Assembly: GCA_030390025.1 (NCBI GenBank) | Contig: CM059432.1 | Coordinates: forward strand, 31,994,001-32,058,000 | Reading direction: 5' to 3' | From: Squalus acanthias | Lineage: Eukaryota | DNA: 64,000 nt | In this document: piece by piece, positions 29,500 through 40,800 of the stretch | Layout of the letters: each line of letters begins with the position of its first letter | How positions within the stretch are numbered: the stretch's first letter is position 1 | The notes under the pieces: model-generated | What the model saw: the letters and a program-made list of their open reading frames with translations, nothing else | Database searches by the model: none | Told to the model about the DNA's origin: nothing | Translations under genes and position numbers: made by a program

Positions 29500-32400
29500 C
29501 ACACTCACACTCACACTCACTCTCTCTCCAGGGACTTGAACTCATAAAGCTAGGCTGACACTCCAGTGAGGTCCTGTCTTTCGGATGAGACGTTAAACCG
29601 AGGTCCTGTGTGCTCTCTCAGGTGGACGTAAAAGACCCCATGGCGCTATTTTGAAGAAGAGTTATCCCCGGTGTCCTGGCCAATATGTATCCCTCAACCA
29701 ACATAACAAAAAACAGATTATCTGATCATTATTATATTGCTGTTTGTGGGACCTTGCTGTGCGTAAATTGGCTGCCGCGTTTCCCACATTACAACAGTGA
29801 CTCCACTTTATTGGCTGTAAAGCGCTTTGAGACGTCCAGTGATTGTGAAAGGTGCTATATAATTGCAAGTCTTTCTTTCTTTTAACAGACACACATGCTT
29901 TCCAGCAAGAGTTATTGGATTCCACTCTGTAACCCAGAGCTCACTGAGGCTAACTGTGGCATACGTTCCTGTCCTGCCTCAGATCAACTAAAATTGATAT
30001 CTCTCTCTAAGAAGAGCTTAAAATTAACCAAAAGCAGATGATAGGGCAACTTTACACAAATACGGCTCCTCACCCACCAATGGTGCACATCAGGAATGAG
30101 GGCACACAGTCCCCATGATCTACCACCCATAATATATGTAACGTGATTTAGTAAAATTACCCCTATAATTTAGCGGAGATAGCTTTTGTGCTGTTCAGTT
30201 GACTAAATTGTGGTAAACTGGTATTTTTGTTTAACAATAATCAAAGCTAGTTGGGACTTGATCAAGCTTTGCTTATGCCAGTGATTTGCATATAATTTGA
30301 CATCACTGAAAGTGACGGTTGTGATACTGAATGATTACATTTCTTAACTTATTCCCCTATTTCTTCCCTGGCATCACAGGTTTGTAAACAACTTTGTGTA
30401 TTACGGATTGAACTTTAATGTCGGAAGCTTTGGCACAAACATTTACTTAACGTACTTCATCTTTGCACTGGTGGAGGTCCTGCGTGGCTCCTGCATCTGG
30501 CTACTGGAGAAATTCGGTCGGAAAAAATGCCAAGGAGGTTTCCTGTTGCTTACCGGAGTTTCATGCTTCCTTATATTGGCTTTTCCAGAAGGTAGGAATG
30601 GAGCAAATGGGTGGTGCAGCAGGTCATAGCAACCTTGGGTACCCATTTCAAATTGGTGCTCTTAGAATCATAGAATCTTACAGCACAGAAGTAGGCCATT
30701 CGGCCCATCATGCCTGTACCGGCTCTTTGAAAGAGCTATCCAATTAGTCCCACTCCCCCGCTTTTTCCCTATAAACCTGCAAATTTTTCTTTTTCAAGTA
30801 TTTATCCAATTCCCTTTTGATACCTGGGAGTGAGTTACAGGCTTGCATCTAATCGAGGGGTTTGGATAGTCTATATAGAATAATGGATACCTGGGAGTGA
30901 GTTACAGGCTGGAATCTAATTGAGGGGTTTGGATAGTCTATATAGAATCATGGATACCTGGGAGTGAGTTACAAGCTGGAATCTGATCGAGGGGTTCGGA
31001 TGGTGTCTATATAGAATAATGGATACCTGGGAGTGAGTTACAGGCTGGAATCTAATTGAGGGGTTTGGATAGTCTATATAGAATCATGGATACCTGGGAG
31101 TGAGTTACAGGCTGGAATCTAATCGAGGGGTTCGGATGGTGTCTATATAGAATAATGGATACTTGGGAGTGAGTTACAGGCTGGAATCTAATCGAGGTGT
31201 TCAGATGGTGTCCATATAGAATAATGGATACCTGGGAGTGAGTTACAGGCTGGAATCTAATCGAGGGGTTAAGATGGTGTCTATATAGAATAATGGATAC
31301 CTGGGAGTGAGGTGTGAGGCAATGAGGAACATTAATTGAAATGATCGCTAATGCATTTACAATTAAATCTTGCATTCTTACTCCATTTCCTCGCTCATAA
31401 AGCAACTTACATATGAATGAATACTTGATTTTCCAATCAAAAGAGCTGCATAAAGGTCAAAGACTATAAGTCACTGTGCTCCTCAGAGAGAGGACAATTT
31501 GTGTTTAATGAACATTGAGTATTCCATGCACTGCCATTGCTGCACACAGATGGGAGTGAGACTAGGTATCGAGAGATGCCTGTGGGAGATCAGGAGTCTG
31601 AGAGAAGGGAGTAGGAGACTAGGAGCCAGAGTAAGGGGAACAACAATGGGAGAGTGCGGAATAGTGGGACTATAGTGGTGAGTACTTGACGAGCACATTT
31701 CCCAGAGTGAGCAAGGGTATCATCCACCAAATTTATCCTCACATAAGGCAATCCCCTTCATTTTCAATCCCCTCCTCCCTACCAGCGAGTGATTTAAATT
31801 TTATGGGGGAGAAATTTGTATCGCCCCATTTGGGGCGCAATTATCGGCCGGGCACAAAGTTTAGCGCCTGGTGCTAATTATCGCCTCCGACTGCAAACTT
31901 GGCTTCTATCGCCCCGGAGGTGATTGGAGCGCTAAATCAGGCGCTAATGCCGAGGAGCGAGGTGCTACCTCAGAGCGCTGGCGAAGCTCATGTGATGTCA
32001 GTCAGCAATGGAACACAGACACACATGGCACCGGCCAGTTCTTAAAGGGGAGGGTCGATCTTGCTCTCCATCCACACCCTGCTCATTGCAGCCTTGAATC
32101 TTGGCCTGGAGAGACCTGTACATCAAATCTGCTGGAAAGAACAATGGAGAGTCCCAGGGAAAGAGTTCAGAGTGCAGCCCCCATAGTCTTTTCTAAATCG
32201 ATGCAAGGAAGGTCAAATCAAAATTATTCTGCAAAGAGCTGCTCAGTACCCAAAACTCCTTCACACAGCGTTGAATCTCTCCAGAAGTCTCACTCTGTCT
32301 CTCTCTCGGAATGCGTGGTGCAAAAATGTCACCGACAAAAAAAGGCAGGAAGCGGTTGACTTTAAATAGCGCTCCCCCAGTCCCTTCTCGACTGCAAAAC

Positions 32401-35400
32401 GTTCCCCTCAACCTGTCGTTGCTAGCGGCAGGCAGAAAGGCAGGGGGCGCCACTCAATATCCGGTCCGGGGCGCTACCGGCGCGTTGCACGCTCGACTGA
32501 CGTCCCGATCTGCGGGTGCAGGAGATCATGGCGGTAGTGTTTAGCGCTGCCGCAAAATGTCTGGTCAATTTCGCGAGTGGTGCAAAAATCGCCGCGCCCG
32601 GGCGCTAGTTGCTTTGCACCCCAGAGGGCGCTAACGAGAGGTGCAAAGCAACCGAATTTTCCCCCTATATTTTTATACATGAATATACAAGGAGTAGGTT
32701 TCTGACTTTGTACCTCCTGCCGGGAACCTCACCCACCGTGAGCATATATCAGACATCCGGGCACATGCTGAGCACAAAATTTTGGCCAGGAAGTGCTGGC
32801 TCCCAAAGGTGCACAAAGTCAAAAAATGTCCCCTTTATGGTATCTGTTCTTTGTGTTCCAGATATGCCTGTGGCAGTCACGGTGCTTGCCGTCATTGCGA
32901 AATTGACAATCTCGTGCTCCTTCTCCATTTCTTACGTTTATTCTGTTGAATTATTCCCTACTGTGATCAGGTATGATAGATTATAAAAGGCACCATGCAA
33001 TGAGCAAGTATGAAATCTGTCAATGCTGGTGGTTTTTTTTTGCTGGGGAGTGGAATGCTTTATCCATTTTCTGTATCCACAGTATGCATCATAGCGGGCG
33101 TGTTGTTGTTAACGCCATTTGTCCGCTATATGCGGTGGACAGTAAAACTGGAATTTATAAACTTAAATAAAGAAGGAGATACATACACATAGATTTAATG
33201 GGTGAGTGCCCAAAATACATAAAGCAGCAGAACACAAATGAAATAAAAACAAATAAACCTGCTCATGTTGTTAAATATTATTTTCACAGTTTGAACTAAT
33301 ATAATATAGACATTTAATAAACAATTACATAGTATTTACAGCACAGAAACAGATCATTCGGCCCAACAGGTCCATGCCAGTGTTTATGTTTCACACAAGC
33401 CTGCTCCCACCCTTCTAACCCGATCAACATATCTTTCTATTTCTTTCTCCCTCCTGTGTTTATCTAGGTTCCCCTTAAATGCAACTATGCTATTCTCCTC
33501 AACTACTCCTTATATTAGCAAGTTCCACATTCTAACGACTCTCTGGGTAAAGAAGTTTCTCCTGAATTCCTTATTGGATATATTAGTGACTATCTTATAT
33601 TTATGGCCCTTAGTTCTGATCTCCCCCGCAAGTGGAAATATCTTCTCCATGTTTACCCTATCAAACTCTTTCATAATCTTAAAGACCTCTATCAGGTCAC
33701 TCCTCAATCTTCTGTTTTCTAGAGAAAAGAGCCCCAGCCTGTTCAATCTTTTCTGATAGGTATAACCTCTCAGTTCTGGTATCATTTTAGTAAAATTAAC
33801 ATATCTGTGACTTCAAGAAAAGCGTGGAATGAACCGATCCATTCATGTCAAACTGCCTGCTCTTTGCACTTAAGTGGGAGTGCGGCCAGTTATTCTGTAC
33901 TGAGCCCCTTTTTATTGTGATTTCTGCGAACTGAGTAAATAGTTTCTTTCGATTCCTTTAATTCTCCATCCCTTCGCCGACTGGTATTGCCAATGAAATG
34001 TCAGGATGTGTTAGAGGATTTCAAATGACAAGGAAACCTATCTTCACAGTTCATTTGTTCCTTTAAACCATTAAACAGTAGTTAAAGAAGAGTAAGTAAT
34101 TAAGGTAATCACACTTTAATGAGGTGCGAAGAGCTTATGAACTACTCGAATTAGCCAGTGTGTTTAATACGTTGTAAGCAGCGTCTTTGTACTTGAGGCC
34201 TGTGGTAATGGAAAATGGTTATCGTTAATAGACGGTTGCCCGCCGTAAGTACGGACGGTATTCGTGGAGTGGACTGTAATGCTGGCAAGTTTCAAACTGT
34301 TTCATTTTGTGTTTGTGATGCAGGCAGAGTGCCATTGGTTTGTTGTCCGTGTCAGCTCGGGCAGGTAGCATCATCGTCCCCATGGTCCTGCTTTTGCAAC
34401 AGGACTACCCGGCTCTCCCCTTGACCTTATTTGGAATCGCACCCATAATCGCCGGTGCCCTGAGTGTCCTGCTGCCAGAAACTAGCAACAAAGAATTACC
34501 AGATCATACCAGGTAAGTTGGAAATGCTAAAGGATTGGTGCCTGTTAATTTAGTCATGCTTGCTATCAAACGTATGAGGTACAGTAGTCAGTTTGCTCGT
34601 AAATTTAAAAAAAAATTACATTCAAAAGCTTTTAAAATGTTCCCATTAGTGGCATTGCACCCAAAAGAATCAACTTAATTTTTAGAGCCACCTCGAAGGC
34701 ACAACTAGCGGAAACTCGCCATGGTGATTAATTCATGCTGGGGTGTGGCCAGTTTTGTGGGCGGGGCCAGCTTCTAGCACAATGGCCCGTATTTTCCGAT
34801 CGCAGGCCTCCCGCGGGCAGAGGCCTGCGATCTGGAAAAATCTACACCCTTACCTGAGGGCTCCCGGGACGCACACGCTTCCACTGCTGGGCCTCTCCAA
34901 ACTCCAAGTGTGCAGGGCCCACGTATCCCAGAGGCGCAGGTAGTTCGCAGCATCCCTGGGATCACATGGACCATGGGGAGCCAATCAAAAAAGGGACTCT
35001 CCTTTCATACACTTGACAGGAAGACCTGTCAAATATATGAATGGAGATCATCCCAAAAACATAGTAAAACTTTAAATAATTTTTTTTTAAATCACATTTT
35101 TTAAATGACTTGAAATTACAATAAATTTAATTCTTTGAAATAATAATTTAAGTTTTTTACAGGGCTAAAAATAAACTTACCTTTTTTTAAAGTATTTTTA
35201 AATAATAAATCAGTGAAATTAAAAAAAAAACTTTTTTGAACTCTTATCCTGGTAGAAGCAGGCCTAAGATTTGTTAGGGTTTTCTGCGGGTGGAGGGTCT
35301 CCAAAAAGCGGAACTATCCGCCCGGAGAGGCCCTGCCCCCGGGCAGCCGGAGGATCTGTCAAGACCATTCTTGACAGACCGGAAATGTCGGTTTTCAGTG

Positions 35401-36135
35401 CATGCCTGAAACCGGCATTTCTGATGTCCCTACGGGTGGGTACACAGAGCCAAAGTTTTGTAAACTAGCGCAAAAGATCGCGGAAACTCAATATGCGCTG
35501 AATGTAATTTACACTTAAAATGCCGCAATCTTTTGCGCTGGTTATGCCGATTTCTTGCAAATTGCGATGAAAAAAACACACAACCAAGTGGAAACTCCAG
35601 TCCCAAGTTTTTATATTGCTCAGAAAGGTGAGGGGTGTCAGTGTTAGGTAAAGGAACACTTTCCATTCAGGGCAATCAGCATCTATCATTTCCAGTACAG
35701 ATACAGCACAGTTATATGTACAGTAAAAGTCCCACCACTATATCCCAAAAATGGGTCTTGGCACCAACATCAGAGCACCTCTCCTTTACTGTACCAGTGT
35801 GATATTTTTCTATTTCTCGCACCAGCCATCCTTTAGCTTCTAAGGTTGAGTTCTAGGTTAGGATCAGTCCTCTGCTGGAGGCTTATGCCCCAAGCTCATT
35901 TGTGCGTACAAGCTTCAAGGTCACCAGAGAAGATCTTCATCCCATCATTGTGGGTAGAATTCAAAACTTAGGTCAGAGCTCTTTTAATCTGTTGATGGCT
36001 GTAGTGTAAAGGTACTTAAAGGCTTCACTTCTCTACTTCTCTCCTAGGGAAATGCATAGTAAGAATGACCTACAAAATGGACATCCTCAGACTACCGCTG
36101 ATAATAGAAACTTTACTAAGAGCACCCGAATGTAA
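1792..36135 (+). CDS. SLC22A13: SLC22 family organic anion transporter, SLC22A13 (OAT10)-like; coding exons 2-10, exon 1 outside window
   Basis: Nine GT-AG exons (104,155,169,121,95,212,109,189,88 nt = 1242 nt) with compatible phases give one open frame with SLC22 motifs [46 protein letters not shown]. The paralogue name is inferred from sequence resemblance and proximity to XIRP1 (both at human 3p22), not from a search. Confidence 0.7.
2061..2298. mobile_element. Palindromic MITE (Harbinger-like termini)
   Basis: ggggcagatttt ... aaatttctcccc with internal inverted symmetry. Confidence 0.6.
2610..3053. mobile_element. Penelope-like-derived inverted-repeat element (copy 2)
   Basis: Same arms as copy 1; perfect 14-bp TSD ttcttagggacata at 2596 and 3054. 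Confidence 0.8.
3995..4228 (+). mobile_element. CR1 LINE 3' fragment
   Basis: tggaatgcactgtctgaaagggtgg...gaatggcctcct 3' end. Confidence 0.7.
4718..5351 (+). mobile_element. Penelope-like element remnant (copy 3) with GIY-YIG C-terminus between ~130-bp inverted repeats
   Basis: Peptide [37 protein letters not shown] (R..E......GLN end of PLE endonuclease); 12-bp TSD tctatatagagg at 4706 and 5352. Confidence 0.82.
5720..6087 (+). mobile_element. tRNA-head SINE with LF-SINE-like body and L2-type tail
   Basis: A box tggctcagttgg, B box ggttcaagtcc, body ggtgctgtctttcggatgagacgttaaaccgagg. Other copies at 13090-13240, 18615-18722, 26215-26295(-), 27190-27620, 29529-29883, 41640-42692(-), 54562-55000, 57017-58270. 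Confidence 0.8.
6528..6682 (+). CDS. SLC22A13: SLC22 exon 3 ([14 protein letters not shown]...QINTFVL)
   Basis: ttttgtag| ... TTAG|gtatg; 155 nt; completes the MFS motif A (DRFGRR). Confidence 0.95.
7482..9062. mobile_element. Degenerate PIF/Harbinger-type transposon: Myb/SANT-like remnant (+) and acidic transposase-like C-terminus (-)
   Basis: 8040-8270 reads [36 protein letters not shown] (Myb/SANT W..I..V..QC.KK..DL with stops); GGG-type left end; contains a PLE-derived fragment at 7700-7835. Confidence 0.6.
9134..11020. mobile_element. Second Harbinger-like remnant with Q-rich transposase-like N-terminus (+) and coiled-coil ORF (-, 10507-10956)
   Basis: gggctcgatttt terminus, GC-rich subterminal region, convergent ORF remnants; heptad pattern [17 protein letters not shown]. 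Confidence 0.5.
11135..11420 (+). mobile_element. CR1 LINE 3' fragment
   Basis: RT C-terminal FTQR..W pattern plus gaatggcggaacagg tail. Confidence 0.75.
11779..11947 (+). CDS. SLC22A13: SLC22 exon 4 ([11 protein letters not shown]...[14 protein letters not shown]...FYIW)
   Basis: ctctgcag| ... ATATG|gtaaag; 169 nt. Confidence 0.95.
11985..12836 (-). mobile_element. CR1 LINE RT fragment
   Basis: [24 protein letters not shown] in the ORF track. Confidence 0.85.
12838..13090 (+). mobile_element. RT fragment of the same LINE family as 37895-41154
   Basis: [28 protein letters not shown], close match to 40075-40332. Confidence 0.8.
13625..18410 (-). mobile_element. Near full-length CR1 LINE: tandem-repeat 5'UTR, ORF1 (Zn-finger, coiled coil, SGNH esterase), ORF2 (APE+RT); frameshifted
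   Basis: [48 protein letters not shown]; (tatgtttc)n tail; ORF1 split by a CR1 3' fragment at ~17136-17365. Confidence 0.92.
18722..20153 (+). mobile_element. 5'-truncated CR1 LINE (RT)
   Basis: ORFs 18765-19460 and 19577-20074; [19 protein letters not shown]. Confidence 0.9.
20300..24580 (-). mobile_element. Second near full-length CR1 LINE (different subfamily), ORF1 esterase type plus decayed ORF2
   Basis: [29 protein letters not shown] and RT fragments; duplicated 5'UTR unit at 24432-24569; (cctatgtaat)n tail. Confidence 0.9.
25209..25329 (+). CDS. SLC22A13: SLC22 exon 5 ([22 protein letters not shown]...LDM)
   Basis: ttccgtag| ... GACATG|gtattt; PESARW motif; 121 nt. Confidence 0.93.
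25586..26210 (-). mobile_element. RTE-clade LINE 3' fragment with C2H2 zinc finger
   Basis: [27 protein letters not shown]..; [16 protein letters not shown]; (aag)n tail. Confidence 0.85.
26296..27088 (+). mobile_element. CR1 LINE 3' fragment
   Basis: ORF 26296-26826; same subfamily as 50445-51995. Confidence 0.88.
27646..28129. mobile_element. GC-rich non-autonomous DNA transposon (Harbinger-like)
   Basis: aggtggaaattttaa ... ttaaaattcaggcct inverted ends. Confidence 0.55.
28704..28798 (+). CDS. SLC22A13: SLC22 exon 6 ([32 protein letters not shown])
   Basis: ttactttcaag| ... ATCTG|gtaat; 95 nt; phase 0 to 2 fits exons 5 and 7; LELF..LRR motif. Confidence 0.9.
28985..29272 (+). mobile_element. 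CR1 LINE 3' end
   Basis: [17 protein letters not shown] plus ggcctactcctgctcct tail. Confidence 0.85.
29468..29528. repeat. (CA)n/(CACT)n/(CT)n microsatellite
   Basis: Direct reading. Confidence 0.9.
30380..30591 (+). CDS. SLC22A13: SLC22 exon 7 ([15 protein letters not shown]...EKFGRKKCQ...FPE)
   Basis: catcacag| ... GAAG|gtagg; 212 nt. Confidence 0.95.
30819..31311. repeat. Minisatellite, 7 full units plus a partial, 67 or 69 bp
   Basis: Unit gatacctgggagtgagttacaggctggaatctaatcgagggg.. starts at 30819, 30886, 30953, 31022, 31089, 31158, 31227, 31296. Confidence 0.95.
31805..32665. mobile_element. Non-autonomous Harbinger-type element, CpG-rich arms
   Basis: TIR gggggagaaatt/aattttccccc, 3-bp TSD TAT. 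Confidence 0.75.
32862..32970 (+). CDS. SLC22A13: SLC22 exon 8 ([13 protein letters not shown]...ELFPTVIR)
   Basis: tgttccag| ... ATCAG|gtatg; 109 nt. Confidence 0.95.
33322..33795 (-). mobile_element. CR1 LINE 3' fragment
   Basis: ORF 33510-33785 ([14 protein letters not shown]). Confidence 0.85.
34324..34512 (+). CDS. SLC22A13: SLC22 exon 9 ([19 protein letters not shown]...[14 protein letters not shown])
   Basis: gatgcag| ... ACCAG|gtaagt; 189 nt; LPET motif. Confidence 0.93.
34700..35603. mobile_element. GC-arm/AT-core non-autonomous DNA transposon remnants
   Basis: CpG-rich arms around an AT-rich core, same architecture as 41862-42605. Confidence 0.45.
36048..36135 (+). CDS. SLC22A13: SLC22 terminal coding exon ([12 protein letters not shown]...TKSTRM*)
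   Basis: Polypyrimidine tract + ctag acceptor; in phase with exon 9; ends in a class I PDZ-type motif S-T-R-M then TAA. Confidence 0.88.
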
Positions 36136-36975
36136 AGCAAAAGATCATTCAAGGACGGCCTGAATTCTGAGCAACACTGGCAGTAAATTACTCAGAACCG
36201 TTGAGCTGTACTCTGCATTGTAACTTCTAATTTTTACCCATTTCCAACAAAGACATCAATATATTAACTGTGCCAAAAGAAAATATTGTGTTGCTAAGAA
36301 ATTGGTTTTAAGGAAAAGATTGAATAATTTTGTATTAGTAATTTGAACACAGGAGGAGTCTTCAGGGACAGGTAGAATGAATCATGGGAAATGTTCATTG
36401 TACGTGACTGAAAACGGCCAACGTGTTCTAATGTCAGTGATAGGGGTCCATTCAATGGGCCCAGCATCGCTAATCTCAGTAGAATATGTTTGCCTCACTG
36501 CTTCACCCAGTGGACGAAGATTGCATAGTCCCTCAGAGGAGACTTCAAAATAGGATTCTTGTCAGACTGAATGTGAAGGAAAAAGAAAATAAGGAAATGA
36601 TTTAACAATCTCAGCCGTATCCAGGTTCTCGTTTAACACTCAGGGCAGTCCGCCATACTCTCCTTTAACACTCATACTATCCCCCCTATCTCCTTTAACA
36701 CTGCTGGTGTTCCTAGCTCTCACATAAAATGTGCAACTGCTTCATTAGGCTTAAATAATGTGTGTTAATGAGGAGTATTGTGTTGCAGCTCCAATTTTCT
36801 GTTTTTTGGCAAATGTCTGGCCCAGCATTTTGTTTGCCCTTTGACCTTGGCTAGTGACATTATCATGTGTGGACCACAGCTGCTAAAGTTACACACCCAT
36901 TTATTTTAAACAGCCACCTCTTTATAAATATGGGGTTTACTTTCAAAGTGCCCCTGCTTGAAGTTAAAGAAGATC

Positions 36976-37222
36976 AATAAATGAATGCCAGGGAAATCGA
37001 CATGTACCAGCTCTTATGTCACCAACCATTTCTACAGGCAAATTTGCTCACGCACATACAATTGGTGTGAAATATTGTGATTCTTTAAATCCCTTCAGTT
37101 CAGATGAAATGTCCGTTTAATTCAGATTGACTTTAATTTCATTTCTTTATCAATGTATTTTATTTGTAGGTCATGGCGAAGGTTTTTGCTGTAGCAACCC
37201 ATTGAGACTGCTTTGTAATAAA
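36976..37222 (+). terminator. Candidate polyadenylation signals of the SLC22 gene (AATAAA at 36976 and 37217)
   Basis: Two AATAAA hexamers in AT-rich non-repeat sequence 0.8-1.1 kb after the stop. Confidence 0.45.
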
Positions 37223-37894
37223 ATCCCACTGTCTTACAAATTTCAGGCCAAATTTCAGTGGAAAATGCAAACGTGACTTAAGATAAATGAACGATGATGC
37301 ACACTCTGTATCATTCCAATACAAGATGTCTGTGTTGCAATCTTGTGATTTGTTGCTCCTTAATGTAGATAAAACTTTGAACTAAATTTCCTTCTTTATG
37401 TACGCTTTATCAAACTGGTCATTTTTAAATCCAAAACCAGAGTTTTATCAGTAAGTGCAGCATCAGGGAAAAGGAAAAGCACACATTGTACAGTTAGCTG
37501 CTGCAGTCCTTTAAATCACTGCAGCAGGGCCTGGAATCCTCCCTTCATGCATGGGAGCTCCCGGGGATCCCTACTATGCAACCAAATTGGTTAACAAATG
37601 TGTTAAAATAACCCATGGAAGAATATGTGTGCTAACGCATTGGTTACAGAAAACTGCTGGAGGCAATTTCACACAAACTTTCCTAAGTTCTTCCCTCATG
37701 AAGATTACCCCCACTGCATCAGTGGGACAGATTCCTATTTACCACAGAACCCATCTTTAAGGCATTCCTAATTTTTTTTTTCATTCATTCTCAGGATATG
37801 ACCATTGCTAGCAAGGCTGGCATTTATTGCCTATCCCTGGTTGCCTTTGAAATGATGGTGGTGGGCCGCCTTCTTGAACCTCTGCAGTCCATAC

Positions 37895-40800
37895 GGGAAC
37901 GGTAGTGTAGTGGTAATGTCACTGGGCTAGTAATCCAGTAGGCCTGGACTAATGATCCAGAGACGTGAGTTCAAATTCAGTTAATTTAATAAATCTGGAA
38001 TAAAAAGCTAGTATCAGTAATGGTGACCATGAAACTATCGGATTGTCGTAAAAACCCATCTGGTTCACTAATGTCCCTTTAGGGAAGGAAATCTGCCGTC
38101 CTTACCTGGTCTGGCCTATATGTGACTCCAGACCCACAGCAATGTGGTTGACTCTTAACCGTCCTCTGCCTAGCAAGTCACTCAGTTGTAACTAACCGCT
38201 ACGAAACAAAATAATAAGAATGAAACTGGACGGACCACCTGGCATCAGCTATGGACACGGCAACGGCACACCCAGCCCAGTCGACCCCGCAAAGTCTTCT
38301 TCACCAACATCTGGGGACTTGTGCCAAAATTGGGAGAGCTGTCCCACAGACTAGTCAAGCAATAACCTGACATAGTCATACTCACAGAATCATACCTTTC
38401 AGCCAATGTCCCAAACTCCTCCATCACCATCCCTGGGTATGTCCTGTCCCACTGACAGGACAGACTCACAAGAGGTGGCGGCACAGTGGTATACAGTCGG
38501 GAAGGAGTGGCCCTGGGAGTCCTCAACATTGACTCCGGGCCCCATGAAGTCTCATGGCTTCAGGTCAAGCATGGGCAAGGAAACCTCCTGCTGATTACCA
38601 CCTACCGCCCTCCCTCAGCTGATGAATCAGTACTCCTCCATGTTAAACACCACTTGGAAGAAGCACTGAGAGTAGCAAGGGCACAGAATGTACTCTGGGT
38701 GGGGGACTTCAATGTCCATCACTAAGAGTGGCTCGGTAGCACCACTACTGACCGAGCTGGCCGAGTCCTGAAGGACATAGCTGCCAGTCTGGTCCTGCGA
38801 CAGGTGGTGAGTGAACCAACACGAGGGAAAAACCTACTTCACCTCGTCCTCACCAATCTACCTGTCGCAGATGCATCTGTCCATGACAGCATTGGCAGCA
38901 GTGACCACCGCACAGTCAGTGTGGAGATGAAGTCCCGTCTTCACACTGAGGACACACTCCATCGTGTTGTGTGGCACTACGACCGTGCTAAATGGGATAG
39001 ATTCAGAACAGATCTAGCAGCTCAAAACTGGGCATCCATGAGGCGCTGTGGGCCATCAGCAGCAGAAGAATTGTATTCCACCACAATCTGTAACCTCATG
39101 GCCTGGCATATCCCTCACTCTACCATTACCACCAAGCCAGGGGATCAACCCTGGTTCAACAAGGAGTGTAGATGAGCATGCCAGGAGCAGCACCAGGCGT
39201 ACCTAAAAATGAGGTGCCAACCTGGGGAAGCTGCAACACAGGACTACATGCATGCTAAAAAACGGAAGCAGCATGCTATAGACAGGGCTAAGCGATCCCA
39301 CAATCAACAGATCAGATCAAAGCTCTGCAGTCCTGTCACATCCAGTCTTGAATGGTGGTGGACCATTAAACAACTAACGGGGGGAGGAGACGGCTTCAAG
39401 AATATCCCCATCCTCAATGATGGTGGAGCCCAGCACGTGAGTGCAAAAGCCAAGGCTGAAGCGTTTGCAACCAACTTCAGCCAGAAGTGCCTATTGGATG
39501 ATCCATATCGGCCTACTCCCGAGGTCCCCACCATCACAGAAGCCAGTCTTCAGCCAATTCGATTCACTTCACGTGATATCAAGAAATGGCTGAGCGCACT
39601 GGATACAGCAAAGGCTATGGGCCCCGACAACATCCCGGATATCGTGCTGAAGACTTGTGCTCCAGAACTAGCCGTGCCTCTAGCCAAGCTGTTCCAGTAC
39701 AGCTACAACACTGGCATCTATCCGACAACGTGGAAAACTGCCCAGGTATGTCCTGTCCACAAAAAGCAGGACAAATTCAACCCGGCCAATTACCGCCCCA
39801 TCAGTCTGCTCTCAATCATCAGCAAAGTGATGGAAGGTTTCTATCAAGCGACACTTACTTACCAATAACCTGCTCACTGATGCCCAGTTTGGGTTCCGCC
39901 AAGACCACTCGGCTCCCGACCTCATTGCAGTCTTGGTCCAAACATGGACAAAAGAGCTGAATTCCAGAGGTGAGGCGCGAGTGACTGCCCTTGACATCAA
40001 GGCAGCATTTGACCGAGTGTGGCATCAAGGAGCCCTAGTAAAACTGAAGTCAATGGGAATCGGGGAAAACGCTCCACTGGTTGGAGTCATACGTAGCACA
40101 AAGGAAGATGGTTGTGGTGGTTGAAGGTCAATCATCACAGCCCCAGGACATCACTGCAGGAGTTCCTCAGGACAGTTTCCTAGGCCCAACCATCTTCAGC
40201 TGATTCATCAATGACCTTCCCTCCAACATAAGGTCAGAAATGGGGATGTTCGCTGATGACTGCACAGTGTTCAGCGCCATTCACAACTCCTCAGATAATG
40301 AAGCAGTCCATGCCCGCATGCAACAAGACCTGGACGACGCTCAGGCTTGGGCTGATAAGTGGCAGGTAACATTCGCGCCACAGAAGTGCCAGGCAATGAC
40401 TATCTCCAACAAGCGAGAGTCAAACCACCTCCCCTTGACATTCAATGGCATTACCATCGCTGAATCCCCCACTATCAACATCCTGGGGGGTCACCATTAA
40501 CCAGAAACTGAACTGGACCAGCCACATAAATACTGTGGCAACAAGAGCAGGTCAGAGGCTAGGTATTCTGCAGCGAGTGTCTCACCTCCTGACTCCCCAA
40601 AGCCTTTCCACCATCTACAAGGTACAAGTAAGGAGTGTGATGGAATACTCTCCACTTGCCTGGATGAGTGCAGCTCCAACAACACTCAAGAAACTCGACA
40701 CCATCCAGGACTAAGCAGCCCGCTTGATTGGCACCCCATCCACCACCTTAAACATTCACTCCCTCCACCACCGGCACACCGTGGCTGCTGTGTGCACCAT

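Noticed and set aside
30819..31311. CRISPR-like array / ORF 31052-31405
   Set aside because: No unique spacers; the ORF is a by-product of the minisatellite.
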